In this document: one piece after another, positions 1 through 8,586 of the stretch
Layout of the letters: each line of letters begins with the position of its first letter
Numbering within the stretch: the stretch's first letter is position 1
NCBI GenBank assembly: GCA_016176685.1
Contig: JACOWS010000006.1
Location: forward strand, 1-61,188
Source: Patescibacteria group bacterium
Lineage (GTDB): Bacteria > Patescibacteriota > Minisyncoccia > Phycocordibacterales > SBAW01
Reading direction: 5' to 3'
Length of the DNA: 61,188 bases
The notes under the pieces: generated by a model
Databases searched by the model: none
The model's input: the letters and a program-made list of their open reading frames with translations, nothing else
What the model was told of the DNA's origin: nothing
Program-made: the position numbers and the translations under genes

Positions 1-321
1 CACCAGAGCAGAGGCCGCAGATGCGACAATAGCGATGCCGCTTACCTTGAGTATGGTCACAAAGGAGCGGCGCATGAGCGCGGGGTTTGCCATAGAGACG
101 CCGAGCGAAAGCCCCAACATTGGGTAGAGGATGGGCGCGATGAGCATACTGCCTATGACCACCGTCTCACTCCCCAAGAGGAGCCCGAACGAGGACATAA
201 AGACCGCGAGGGTGATCATAAAGAAAAAGTCGAAGTCGGGCGTGGCCCGCTCTACCAGCGTTTTAACCGTCCTCAGCTTGTCTTCTTCCCCAACGGTTTG
301 GAACCGCGATACCAAGCTCAT
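1..321 (-). CDS. DUF389 family membrane protein (3' end outside window)
   Basis: Manual translation from ATG at 321: MSLVSRFQ...PDFDFFFMITLAVLMSSFGLLLGSETVVIGSMLIAPILYPMLG. The VIGxMLIAP motif is typical of DUF389. Not listed in the ORF track because it runs off the edge. Confidence 0.75.
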   Translation of the reverse strand, partial: MSLVSRFQTVGEEDKLRTVKTLVERATPDFDFFFMITLAVFMSSFGLLLGSETVVIGSMLIAPILYPMLGLSLGVSMANPALMRRSFVTILKVSGIAIVASAASALV

Positions 322-401
322 AGGGGTATAGTATAGCAAAAAATAAGGAGCAGCTGCTACATGGCAGCTGCTCAAAATTCTTGCAGTTTATGTCTACTTT
401 T

Positions 402-803
402 TTATTTTTGCCGAGAAAGAACCACCCTGTGAAAGGTAACGTCTTCGTGGAGCAGTACGCGACCCGGTGTCGCGCCCGGAGCAAACACCTTTTCTGAATA
501 CAGCCCGTGGCTTTGTTCGCTGGCGTTCTCTGTGTTGAAAAACGCATAGAGCAATCTGGGGTCGAAACCTTTCGGCCCCAGGTCAATCATATCTTTGTCT
601 CGGTATGCCGGATGATCCTTGACCCAGACACACCGCCCCCAAGTCGCCCAACGTGGGTCTCCAAACTCAACCTCTAGTTTTTCGAGTTGGTACCCCGTTG
701 AGAGGTATTGCTCGACGACGGTTCGTGTGAGATATTCTCCGCTCAGTTCTATCTCATCAACTTCAACGTCGACCTGGCGGGGGTGAACGTTTATTTTCTG
801 CAC
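402..803 (-). CDS. hypothetical protein, 133 aa
   Basis: ORF with a GTG start preceded by a strong SD (GGAGGTG); no recognisable family. Confidence 0.6.
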   Translation of the reverse strand: MQKINVHPRQVDVEVDEIELSGEYLTRTVVEQYLSTGYQLEKLEVEFGDPRWATWGRCVWVKDHPAYRDKDMIDLGPKGFDPRLLYAFFNTENASEQSHGLYSEKVFAPGATPGRVLLHEDVTFHRVVLSRQK

Positions 804-898
804 AGTTTCACCTCCATAAGTGCTAGAGTATGGATCTTGTCCGTCAAAATACTACAATGAAATCGAGAAAAAGTCTAGGTAATTCCGATTGCGAGTCC

Positions 899-1654
899 TT
901 AAGAACGCGCAAGCGCCCCGGGGTTTTGGCTGTTCCAGGCAAAGAGTGCCACGGCGGCTGCGGCGGCAACATTGAGCGACTCGCAGCGCGGGTTAAGCGG
1001 TATGGAAAGCGTGCTGTTGCACAGCGCCTGTATCGGCTTTGACAATCCGAGCGCTTCATTGCCGAACACAAACACTGCGGGCGCGTTGAAGGCCTCTTGC
1101 ATAAGCGGCCTGCCATTCCCCCCGGCAAAACCGTACACATTAAACCCCCTCTTTTTTAAATCACGCAACGTGTTTTCAATACTTTCTATGGGCACCAGCG
1201 GTATGCGCAAGGCCATGCCCGCAGAGGCCTTGACCACCGCGCCGGATACTTGCGCCTGGTGTTTGGTGGGTATGAGCACCGCCATGGCGCCAAAGCCCGC
1301 CGCAGAGCGTATGATAGCGCCAACATTGTGCGGATCTTCCACGCCGCACAAGAGCACCAGCATTGTTTCCTTGCGGGGCTCGAGCTTTTCCGCAAAGGTG
1401 TTGTATGGCACCAGCAGTTCGTGGAGCGAGAGCGAAGCCATAAGCCCTTGGTGTGCCGTGCCGCGCACCATGTCTGAGCGCGCCTGCCCTAGCGCAAGCG
1501 GCCCCGTAGGCACGCCGGCCTTGGCAATGAGCGACTGCACGCCCTTTTCAACCGTGCGAGTGTCTACATACACCTTAGTAACCGCTTTGGGCGCATGCGC
1601 GAGCGCCTCGGTTACCGCGTGTTTGCCGTATATATAAATTTTAGTTTGCTTCAT
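899..1654 (-). CDS. rlmB: TrmH/SpoU family RNA 2'-O-methyltransferase (RlmB-like)
   Basis: N-terminal IYGKHAVTEAL; motifs VEDPHNVGAIIRSA, VFGNEALG and ESLNVAAA. Confidence 0.9.
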   Translation of the reverse strand: MKQTKIYIYGKHAVTEALAHAPKAVTKVYVDTRTVEKGVQSLIAKAGVPTGPLALGQARSDMVRGTAHQGLMASLSLHELLVPYNTFAEKLEPRKETMLVLLCGVEDPHNVGAIIRSAAGFGAMAVLIPTKHQAQVSGAVVKASAGMALRIPLVPIESIENTLRDLKKRGFNVYGFAGGNGRPLMQEAFNAPAVFVFGNEALGLSKPIQALCNSTLSIPLNPRCESLNVAAAAAVALFAWNSQNPGALARS

Positions 1655-1686
1655 GATAGGTATGCAAATTGTACAACAAAATATCG

Positions 1687-1715
1687 AAAAAGAAAAGGCC
1701 GCCTATGTGGCGGCC
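1687..1715 (-). terminator. intrinsic terminator of the lycopene-cyclase-domain pair
   Basis: GGCCGCC/GGCGGCC stem (1697-1715) followed by a U-rich run on the minus strand. Confidence 0.7.
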
Positions 1716-1754
1716 GAGTTATCATTAGCGGCCCACCAAGAAAGATTGGCTGGC

Positions 1755-2099
1755 CTATTGTCTTTTCCTATCTTCACGCCGCGCGTAAAGAAGCGTCGCC
1801 AATGATACGACGAGCGAAACAAGCGCAATGAAGAGGTAATTTTCCACTTCGGCACCAAGAAATATGGTGTGGAATGTTCGTTCTGGGTTGTATGCCCAAG
1901 CGCGCCACGCGAGTGCAAACCGTTCGGCGATCGCCGTGTAAACGAGGCCTCCTAGCATAACAACCCAAATGATGCGCCAATATCGTTTTGGAAGTTCTGC
2001 ACTTCTCGGCTTCCTCAAGCGCATGACGAGGTACAACAGAATCGCCAAGCCTGTGAAGATAATTGTGGTGGCTGTGAATGCGAAGATACCGAGATTCAT
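1755..2099 (-). CDS. lycopene cyclase domain membrane protein (CrtYc/Yd-like)
   Basis: Small hydrophobic protein with AWxYNPE...LGAEVENYLF, a variant of the G-x-P-x-E-E-x-x-F motif; ATGA-coupled to the upstream paralog. Confidence 0.6.
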   Translation of the reverse strand: MNLGIFAFTATTIIFTGLAILLYLVMRLRKPRSAELPKRYWRIIWVVMLGGLVYTAIAERFALAWRAWAYNPERTFHTIFLGAEVENYLFIALVSLVVSLATLLYARREDRKRQ

Positions 2100-2425
2100 A
2101 TGCCGCCTCCATCTGCTTGCTCACGAAGCTCAAGCCGTCTTTTCAAGAGCAGGGTAACGGTTGATATCATCATCGTGACGAAAATAATAAACAGATACTC
2201 TTCCAGAGGTAGGCCCGCAATCCAAAGCCCGACATTCGTGTCGCTCGGGAAAAGCCAAATTTGTGTCCGAACAGCCCACACATCCCACGGAACGCTAAAA
2301 AGGAGTGCCCACCCGATGCAATACAGAACAGTGCGCTTGTATTGCAACAGGTATCCCCAATTCAATGCCCACATCAAAATGATAGGTAGCCACACGAACA
2401 GGAGCAGCCATGCTAGATAATTCAT
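2096..2425 (-). CDS. lycopene cyclase domain membrane protein (CrtYc/Yd-like)
   Basis: PWDVWAVRTQIWLF...GLWIAGLPLEEYLFIIF matches the lycopene-cyclase-domain signature; perfect SD AAAGGAGG upstream. Confidence 0.75.
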   Translation of the reverse strand: MNYLAWLLLFVWLPIILMWALNWGYLLQYKRTVLYCIGWALLFSVPWDVWAVRTQIWLFPSDTNVGLWIAGLPLEEYLFIIFVTMMISTVTLLLKRRLELREQADGGGI

Positions 2426-2549
2426 TATTGTCCTCCTTTGTGAAAGAGTACTGTGGAACTACCAGAGTGCAACTTGCTGGAGCTTCCGACATCCGAAAAG
2501 ACAATACAGTATGTATTTTAAAAAGTCGAATTGCGGCTCTTATAGCAAA

Positions 2550-2580
2550 AGAAAAGGCCGCCTAAAAGGCGGCCTTTTCT
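2550..2580. terminator. bidirectional intrinsic terminator downstream of the cold-shock gene
   Basis: AGAAAAGGCCGCCT-AAA-AGGCGGCCTTTTCT, a 14-bp perfect stem with A/T tails. Confidence 0.8.
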
Positions 2581-2596
2581 CTAACCGGTGCGTAAA

Positions 2597-2794
2597 TTAC
2601 GCGCGGGTTACATTGACGGCGCTCAACCCTTTCTGCCCCTCCTGAACTTCAAAGGAGACACTGTCGCCTTGTTTAAGTTCGTCGAAAGTGACACCGTTGA
2701 GATCTTTGGAGTGGAAGAAGAGGTCCTTCGTCTCGCCTTCGCGAGCGATGAAACCAAATCCCCTATCCGTCAGAGTCTTTATTGTTCCTGTCAT
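2597..2794 (-). CDS. cspA: cold-shock domain protein
   Basis: RNP motifs RGFGFI and DLFFH; C-terminal GQKGLSAVNV; 65 aa. Confidence 0.93.
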   Translation of the reverse strand: MTGTIKTLTDRGFGFIAREGETKDLFFHSKDLNGVTFDELKQGDSVSFEVQEGQKGLSAVNVTRA

Positions 2795-3032
2795 ATTTTT
2801 GTGTTTGCTTTTGCTTTTTTGCTGTTTGAGAAAACCGACCTCTTTTCTTTAGTCTCTAGGACCGCCTCTATAGTAACAGACTCCTACCCCGCTGTCCACA
2901 AGCCCTGTAAGAGCATTATTTACCGCCCTTTTTTGGTTTTTTCTTATCCTTTTTGTATGCGTTGTTTCCTTTCGCCATAAACTTAATGTTATTTGATATT
3001 CTAAAAGTATATCATCGCTCGCTAGCCCTCGG

Positions 3033-3596
3033 CTAAGGGCATGGTGCAAATTCGCAATTCGGGCCTACTCTGCCCACCGCGGAGCCGTCGGGGCATAGTT
3101 TTGCTTCCATGGTACAGGCAACAGGTGGCGGGTTATTACTTACACCGGTTCCGGCAAACACCACCGGGATCTCGAGCGCATCATCGTGTTCGGGCAGGCC
3201 CGACGGGTTGTCTTTTTTGAGGATAAGCGTCCCTCTATTGCTATAGATGTTTTCATCTACCGTGAAGGTGAGTGTCGCTTCAAATGGCACAAAATCAGTC
3301 GTCATCCACTCGCTCTTGGCCGTTGCAATGCCCTGCGCGACAATCCTCCCGTCCCAGTCGGTCAAAAACACCGGGAAGCTCGCCTCAAAAAACCAATTTC
3401 CCCGCGCCTCTCCCAGGATGGTGAGCGGGCTAATGACACTCTGGTTTGGGCGCGGAGAGTCTAAGCGGATGAGGTCGGCATGAGAGTTTACCGGTTCTGC
3501 GGCACGAGGATTGAAAAATAAATATATGCCGGCGGCAACAACCAGCAGAACCAGTATGCCAGCTGTTCTACCCGCAAAAAATCTTATTGGTTTCAT
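3033..3596 (-). CDS. membrane-anchored Gmad2 (Ig-like) domain protein with C-terminal Cys motif
   Basis: N-terminal TM helix; ISPLTILGEARGNWFFEASFPV...WMTTDFVPF (Gmad2-like); C-terminal CTMEAKLCPDGSAVGRVGPNCEFAPCP. Start moved to MKPIRF at 3596. Confidence 0.75.
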   Translation of the reverse strand: MKPIRFFAGRTAGILVLLVVAAGIYLFFNPRAAEPVNSHADLIRLDSPRPNQSVISPLTILGEARGNWFFEASFPVFLTDWDGRIVAQGIATAKSEWMTTDFVPFEATLTFTVDENIYSNRGTLILKKDNPSGLPEHDDALEIPVVFAGTGVSNNPPPVACTMEAKLCPDGSAVGRVGPNCEFAPCP

Positions 3597-3603
3597 AGAA
3601 AAA

Positions 3604-4089
3604 TTACAAATAACTATCGAACCAAATGGCGTGACAGGTATAGCCACCTTTGTTTTTCTGTAGATAATCCTGATGATATTCTTCGGCTCTATAAAATTTA
3701 GTTAACGGCTCAAGAGTAGTTACCACAGGATCCTTCCAGCGCTTCGATTTATTTACGATGGAGATAAAATCTTCTCCCTCTTTTTTCTCCTCCTCGTTTC
3801 CATAGAAAATAGCCGAACGATAGGAAGTTCCTCGATCGTTTCCTTGTTGATTTAGAGTTGTTGGATTATGAATCTGGAAGAAAAAGTCCAGAAGCTTTCG
3901 GTATGTTGTTTTCGATGGGTCGTACTCTATCTCTAGGGCTTCGGCATGGCCTGTATGATTCTCATACGTCGGGTTTGCATTTGTTCCGCCCGTATAACCA
4001 ACCTCGGTACTTATCACTCCAGACTGAGTTCTAAACAAATCCTCAAGTCCCCAGAAACATCCCCCGGCAAGTACAATTTTCTTATTCAT
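3604..4089 (-). CDS. msrA: peptide-methionine (S)-S-oxide reductase
   Basis: GGCFWG active site, GHAEA and AEEYHQDY; start at MNKKIV (4089). Confidence 0.95.
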   Translation of the reverse strand: MNKKIVLAGGCFWGLEDLFRTQSGVISTEVGYTGGTNANPTYENHTGHAEALEIEYDPSKTTYRKLLDFFFQIHNPTTLNQQGNDRGTSYRSAIFYGNEEEKKEGEDFISIVNKSKRWKDPVVTTLEPLTKFYRAEEYHQDYLQKNKGGYTCHAIWFDSYL

Positions 4090-4489
4090 AGTGTCTGGCT
4101 TTAAAGTCTGCAAAGCAAACGGAGTTTATGCAATACCTCTTTCCTGTCTTTGTAGGGCCGTCTTCAAACACATGTCCAAGATGTGAGTCACAAACCGCAC
4201 AGACTGTCTCTGTTCTTTTCACACCATGGGAAGTATCCTCAATATTTCTTACAGCACCGGGTAAGGCTTCATCAAAACTTGGCCAGCCCGTACCAGAATC
4301 AAATTTTGCCTCTGCTTTAAAAAGTGGATTTCCACATGCGGCACATTTGTAGAAACCATCTTTGTCCGGATGAATGAGTTTCCCAGAAAAAGGAGCTTCC
4401 GTACCTTTTTCTCGTAAAACTCTGTACTGTTCACTAGTTAATTTATTTTTAAATTCTTCATCCGTTTTAGGTGTGTTTTTATCGTTCAT
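4082..4489 (-). CDS. msrB: peptide-methionine (R)-S-oxide reductase
   Basis: [20 protein letters not shown] and RYCINS; CxxC zinc pairs. Confidence 0.95.
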   Translation of the reverse strand: MNDKNTPKTDEEFKNKLTSEQYRVLREKGTEAPFSGKLIHPDKDGFYKCAACGNPLFKAEAKFDSGTGWPSFDEALPGAVRNIEDTSHGVKRTETVCAVCDSHLGHVFEDGPTKTGKRYCINSVCFADFKARHYE

Positions 4490-4549
4490 ATGTTTTGGCC
4501 GACATTTTAGTCTATTCTATCATCTTATAAATTTAGCATATGCTTCAGT

Positions 4550-4843
4550 CTAGTACAGACCTATTAAAACAAGAGTTACAGCACTTGTGGCAAAGGCACC
4601 GAGTGTCTTAAGGAATAAGTTTACAGACTTTTTCTTTTCTCCTTCGAGAAAAAGCTGCAGCGGCTGATACAAAAAAATATAGCCCATGCACGCAGCAGAG
4701 AACACAAACAGCGACAACATCGCAATTGGTATAAAGATGCTTTCTTCCTTACCAAAAAATAGTGGAGCGTAATGCAATAACGAAACTACCAAAACTATAT
4801 ACAACAGTGCCGCAAGAGCATTGATGATAGGATTTTTTGTCAC
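4550..4843 (-). CDS. small multi-pass membrane protein
   Basis: 97-aa hydrophobic ORF with three predicted TM segments. Confidence 0.7.
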   Translation of the reverse strand: MTKNPIINALAALLYIVLVVSLLHYAPLFFGKEESIFIPIAMLSLFVFSAACMGYIFLYQPLQLFLEGEKKKSVNLFLKTLGAFATSAVTLVLIGLY

Positions 4844-5031
4844 ATTGTCTGTAACTTTTTAAAGGGTATAGAAGTTTCCTTTTTGCTTTCTTGGCAGACT
4901 CGACTTTTAGTCACGTTTTTTAATTATATCAAAATCGGCTGACCTCCTCGGATTCGGATAATTCTACCATCAAGCTCCACAAGGCTTTTTTGATGCTTTT
5001 TATTCTACCATTTTGACGCTCCTCGGACGAG

Positions 5032-5445
5032 CTAAATCCCGTTCTGCTTAGTGTAGTTACGTTGCATCATTCCCGCCGCTTTCTTCATGCCGAGATCTTC
5101 ATAAAATACCTGCAGTTCAGTGTCGCACAGGAGATCAATCATATAGAATTCTTTGAGCACCAACAGCATTCGAGTAACGAGCTCTTTACCAATCCCTCGC
5201 TTTTGATATTCAGGCAACACTTCGAGAAAAGGAATGTACGCCGCCAGATGCTTATCAGTTATAGCAGTGGCAAACCCGACAACTTTTTTGCTTTGTGGAT
5301 CTAATGCAAGCAGAACATAATCACTATCACGAAGCAACTCCAAATGGCGAGCGGGAGTGGGTGGATTCTGCCACCCCACAAAAAATCCCTGCAAGTCATT
5401 CTCTTTAACATTTTCCAACGATGAAATAAATTCGATGTTACCCAT
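5032..5445 (-). CDS. GNAT family N-acetyltransferase
   Basis: Acetyl-CoA binding motif VLPEYQKRGIGKELV and FYEDLG. Confidence 0.88.
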   Translation of the reverse strand: MGNIEFISSLENVKENDLQGFFVGWQNPPTPARHLELLRDSDYVLLALDPQSKKVVGFATAITDKHLAAYIPFLEVLPEYQKRGIGKELVTRMLLVLKEFYMIDLLCDTELQVFYEDLGMKKAAGMMQRNYTKQNGI

Positions 5446-5506
5446 GACATTTATTATCTCACAGACTAATCAATAAAAAACGATGCTCTTCGGACATCGA
5501 ACTCTG

Positions 5507-5746
5507 TTATTTGAAGAGTGCCAACTTCTTTTCTCTATCCCAATGCTTAATCTCGGCCTCGCGGTTGCGAGCCTCTGTGAGTGTACCGTAGGTCTCAGAG
5601 TATCTAAGAACCACCGGGCGACGAATCTTGGTGTAATGCGCTCCCGACTTTGCGCCATTATGTTGCATTAGTCTCTTCTCCAAGTCATTGGTGCATCCCA
5701 CATACAAAGAGGAGTCTACGCATTCGAGAATATATACGTATTGCAT
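5507..5746 (-). CDS. GIY-YIG nuclease family protein (UPF0213-like)
   Basis: YVYILEC...LYVGCTNDLEKRLMQHN...YT..RRPVVL...EA.NREAEIK. Confidence 0.9.
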   Translation of the reverse strand: MQYVYILECVDSSLYVGCTNDLEKRLMQHNGAKSGAHYTKIRRPVVLRYSETYGTLTEARNREAEIKHWDREKKLALFK

Positions 5747-5822
5747 AGTCGAAGTCCCCTCGTCTGCCTCGGGACGATTGAAAATCTAAGACGCCTTACA
5801 GGCGTTAAGATTTTCTAATCGG

Positions 5823-5893
5823 CTGGGGGACAGGGATTCGGACCCCGATTAACGGCTTCAAAGGCCGCTGTCCTACCATTAGACGATCCCCCA
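5823..5893 (-). tRNA. trnQ: tRNA-Gln(TTG)
   Basis: Cloverleaf TGGGGGA/TCCCCCA; anticodon loop CTTTGAA; T-loop TCCGAAT. Confidence 0.93.
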
Positions 5894-5983
5894 ATACGCT
5901 TTGAGAATAGCAGATTTTATACCTAGCCACAAAACCCCCAAACTCCTCACGCTCCCCTCCGAACCTCTCCCTCTCACCAACAC

Positions 5984-6003
5984 CCTTACAAACTTGAGAA
6001 TGT
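5984..6003 (+). repeat. 20-bp direct repeat, copy 1 (CCTTACAAACTTGAGAATGT), overlapping a TTGAGA -35
   Basis: Identical to 6320-6339; TTGAGA(5994)-N16-TATACT(6016) promoter for the HTH gene. Confidence 0.85.
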
Positions 6004-6028
6004 TGGTGTGTTGTGTATACTCCAGTGC

Positions 6029-6313
6029 ATGAAAAAATTAAAGACTGCTAGGCAAATGGAGCACCACTTAAAAGGCATCTCAAATCATTATCGGATAGAG
6101 ATATTACTGCTTATCGGGCGGCACGAGAGCATTACTCTTGAGACCATCGCTTCAACGCTGGAAGCGAACGAGAAGACCATAGGAGAACATACGAGGCGGC
6201 TTTACCAGGCGGGACTGATTTCCAAAAAATATAATGGCAAATATGTAGAACACCGGCTGTCGCCCTACGGCAAGAATTTTGTACGCTTTCTCAAATCCCT
6301 CCAAACTCTATAA
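6029..6313 (+). CDS. ArsR/SmtB-like winged-helix protein
   Basis: KGISNHYRIEILLLI...IASTLEANEKTIGEHTRRLYQAGLISKK; ATG at 6029 lies 7 nt after TATACT. Confidence 0.85.
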   Translation: MKKLKTARQMEHHLKGISNHYRIEILLLIGRHESITLETIASTLEANEKTIGEHTRRLYQAGLISKKYNGKYVEHRLSPYGKNFVRFLKSLQTL

Positions 6314-6319
6314 CATCAT

Positions 6320-6339
6320 CCTTACAAACTTGAGAATGT
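6320..6339 (+). repeat. 20-bp direct repeat, copy 2, inside a 10-bp stem hairpin
   Basis: CATCCTTACA-AACTTGAGAA-TGTAAGGATG (6317-6346), immediately after the HTH stop codon. Confidence 0.85.
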
Positions 6340-6406
6340 AAGGATGTTTTAGATGGGGTTGGGTATTGCAAGTTCTGTTGGCTATACAAGTGGATATGCA
6401 AGATGG

Positions 6407-7465
6407 CTACTCTTTAGTTCCAAACAAGCGGTAGAGCGCCAGCTCAAGCGGGAGCGCTGGCAGTGGGGCGCGCGGCGTTTCCACAAGCGCGGTAAGAAGC
6501 TCCGCGAGCATTGCGGAGTTTATTGCCGCCCCCGAAGCGCCGGCGAGTTTTTTTATCAGCACCATATCGTCTGTTCCAAACTGATACTCCAATTCCTTTT
6601 CCATCTTCGGCGCAAAGCGTGCAAGCAAAACCGCTCGCACTCGGGCAACCGCCACCAGCACAAACACGCGCGGCTCTGCCCCCTGCCTAAGCGCGGTATG
6701 GAAAGCGCTGACCGCCGCGGCGATGTCTTTCTCTGCCAGCGCCTGCAAAAAGGCGCCGACAAGCTTGGAAGGAGGTGCCCCCACCACCGCCGCCACCTCG
6801 TCTTCCGTCAGTGTCGCATCGGGAGAGATGGTGAGCACCTTTTGCAAAATCCCCAGCGTGTCGCGGAAGGAACCCTCCCCCATCATGGCAATAAGTTCCG
6901 CACCGGCCGGCGCCAAGCGTGTGCCTTCTTTTTTGGCAATGTCGAGCGCCAGTGTTTTGAGCACCTCGTGCGACGGTTTTTTAAAGTGGAATACCTGGCA
7001 GCGCGATTGCACCGTCTCCGGCACCTTCTCTAGCTCGGTTGTGGCCAGCACAAAAATAGCGTGTTCGGGCGGCTCTTCCAACGTTTTCAGCAGTGTATTG
7101 AAAGCGTCTTTGGTAAACATGTGCACCTCGTCGAGTATGTAAAATTTATAGGTTGAGGAAAATGGCAAGGTTGAGACACCCTCGCGCAGAGTGCGTGCGT
7201 CGTCTACCTGGCGGTTGGAGGCCGCGTCTATCTCGTAGACATCCTCGTCGTGAGTGCCGAGGGCGTGCGCCAAAATGCGCGCCATCGAGGTCTTGCCCGT
7301 GCCGCGCCCGCCGGCAAAGAGGTACGCATGGGCGACCTTTTTTTGTTTGACCGCCGCTTCCAATACCTTGGTGATATGCTCTTGCCCAAGCACCTCGGCA
7401 AAGTTTGCCGGCCTATAGGTGCGATACAGCGCCATCGGCGTACGCTCTGTTTCGACTTTTTTCAT
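6407..7465 (-). CDS. dnaX: DNA polymerase III subunit gamma/tau
   Basis: LYRTYRP; Walker A GGRGTGKT; ILDEVHM; AFNTLLKTLEEPP; TVQSRCQ. Confidence 0.96.
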   Translation of the reverse strand: MKKVETERTPMALYRTYRPANFAEVLGQEHITKVLEAAVKQKKVAHAYLFAGGRGTGKTSMARILAHALGTHDEDVYEIDAASNRQVDDARTLREGVSTLPFSSTYKFYILDEVHMFTKDAFNTLLKTLEEPPEHAIFVLATTELEKVPETVQSRCQVFHFKKPSHEVLKTLALDIAKKEGTRLAPAGAELIAMMGEGSFRDTLGILQKVLTISPDATLTEDEVAAVVGAPPSKLVGAFLQALAEKDIAAAVSAFHTALRQGAEPRVFVLVAVARVRAVLLARFAPKMEKELEYQFGTDDMVLIKKLAGASGAAINSAMLAELLTALVETPRAPLPALPLELALYRLFGTKE

Positions 7466-8577
7466 TGCTTACTTAGTATACCGTTTAGAAACCGCTCTAT
7501 CACCCGCTCTACCTCCCTTGCATTATTTGCCTCCATCAATGCTATACGCAACTCTTTGGCGCTGGGGCTAGCCACATACGCCTTAAAATGCTTTTTCATT
7601 ATGGCGAAATTTTTGATGTCGCCCAACAGCTCTTCAAAAAGCTTGGTGTGTTCTACTACTATTCGCAAACGCTCTTCAAGCGAAGGCAAAAAGCTTTGGA
7701 CAAATGGTCTGGCCCGAAGCCCGCCTGAAGGCGGACGAGGGAAACCCGAGGACCTTTGTCCAGAGCTTTTTGCTGAAGCTTCATCGAACAACCACGGCCG
7801 GCCAAAAATGGCGCGGCCGAGCATAATGCCGTCTGCGCCTGTTTCTTGCGCTTTGGCGCGAGCATCGTCAATGCTCAACATATCGCCATTGCCTATAATA
7901 AGCGTTTTGCTTTTCATTTCATCGCGGATCTCGACCGCCTTTTTTATCCGCTCCCAATGCGCGGGTACTTTTGACATTTCTTTGCGGGTACGCGCATGTA
8001 TCGCTATCGCGGCAGGTTCTGCCACAAGGAGCGCCGGTAGCCACTCTTCTAGTGTGTCTTTGTGGTAGCCAAGCCGCGTTTTGACCGAGACAGGCAAATG
8101 CCGCCCGCCGGGCAGACTCCGTCTGGAGACTCTGTCGGAACGAGCACTCTGGGCGGCGCCGCGTTTGGCCGCGGCTATAAGCTCTTGCGCGAGCTGTGGA
8201 TTAAGTATCAGCTTTGCCCCGGCACCCTGTTTTTCTACCACGCGGTCAGGGCAGCCCATATTGATGTCCACGCCGTCAAAACCGAGGCGCGCCGCCAGTA
8301 CCGCGGCTTTTTCCATATGCGCCGGAGTGGCGGTAAAAAACTGCGCCACTATCGGCCGTTCGGTTTCCGTATACAGTAGATCGCGCAAAAGTTTTTGCCT
8401 TCCCGCTTCCGGCGCGAGTGCCAGGCCGTCGGCCGAGACAAATTCCGTCCACAGCACTGCCGGGCCGGCGGGCTTGCTGTACTTTGCTATGATGCGACGA
8501 AAAGCCGCATCGGTGACGTTAGCCAGCGGCGCCAAACAAAAAAACGGCTTAGGTAGTGAGTCCCAAAAGCTTTGCAT
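7462..8577 (-). CDS. dusB: tRNA-dihydrouridine synthase with two in-frame hairpin insertions
   Basis: LAPLANVTD, DINMGCP, VSVKTRLG, AIHART, GNGD and GIMLGRA. Confidence 0.92.
   Translation of the reverse strand: MQSFWDSLPKPFFCLAPLANVTDAAFRRIIAKYSKPAGPAVLWTEFVSADGLALAPEAGRQKLLRDLLYTETERPIVAQFFTATPAHMEKAAVLAARLGFDGVDINMGCPDRVVEKQGAGAKLILNPQLAQELIAAAKRGAAQSARSDRVSRRSLPGGRHLPVSVKTRLGYHKDTLEEWLPALLVAEPAAIAIHARTRKEMSKVPAHWERIKKAVEIRDEMKSKTLIIGNGDMLSIDDARAKAQETGADGIMLGRAIFGRPWLFDEASAKSSGQRSSGFPRPPSGGLRARPFVQSFLPSLEERLRIVVEHTKLFEELLGDIKNFAIMKKHFKAYVASPSAKELRIALMEANNAREVERVIERFLNGILSKQ
7686..7773. repeat. in-frame hairpin element in dus (shares core with the parB element)
   Basis: 19-bp arms 7686-7704 and 7755-7773 (1 mismatch); core GTCTGGCCCGAAGC...GGGAAACCCGAGGAC. 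Confidence 0.85.
8103..8162. repeat. in-frame REP-like element in dus (shared with 37076-37108)
   Basis: GCCCGCCGGGCAGA (14/14) and GAGCACTCTGGGCGGCGCCGC (20/21) match 37076-37108. Confidence 0.75.
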
Positions 8578-8586
8578 GCCAGTACC

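Noticed and set aside
4944-5027. Repeated ATTCTACCAT and CTCCTCGGA as a tRNA remnant or element
   Set aside because: ATTCTACCA is TGGTAGAAT on the minus strand, i.e. two extended -10 promoter motifs; no cloverleaf can be folded.
5921-5985. C-rich strand-asymmetric tract as a G-quadruplex
   Set aside because: The opposite strand has only three runs of three or more G, and no function can be supported.
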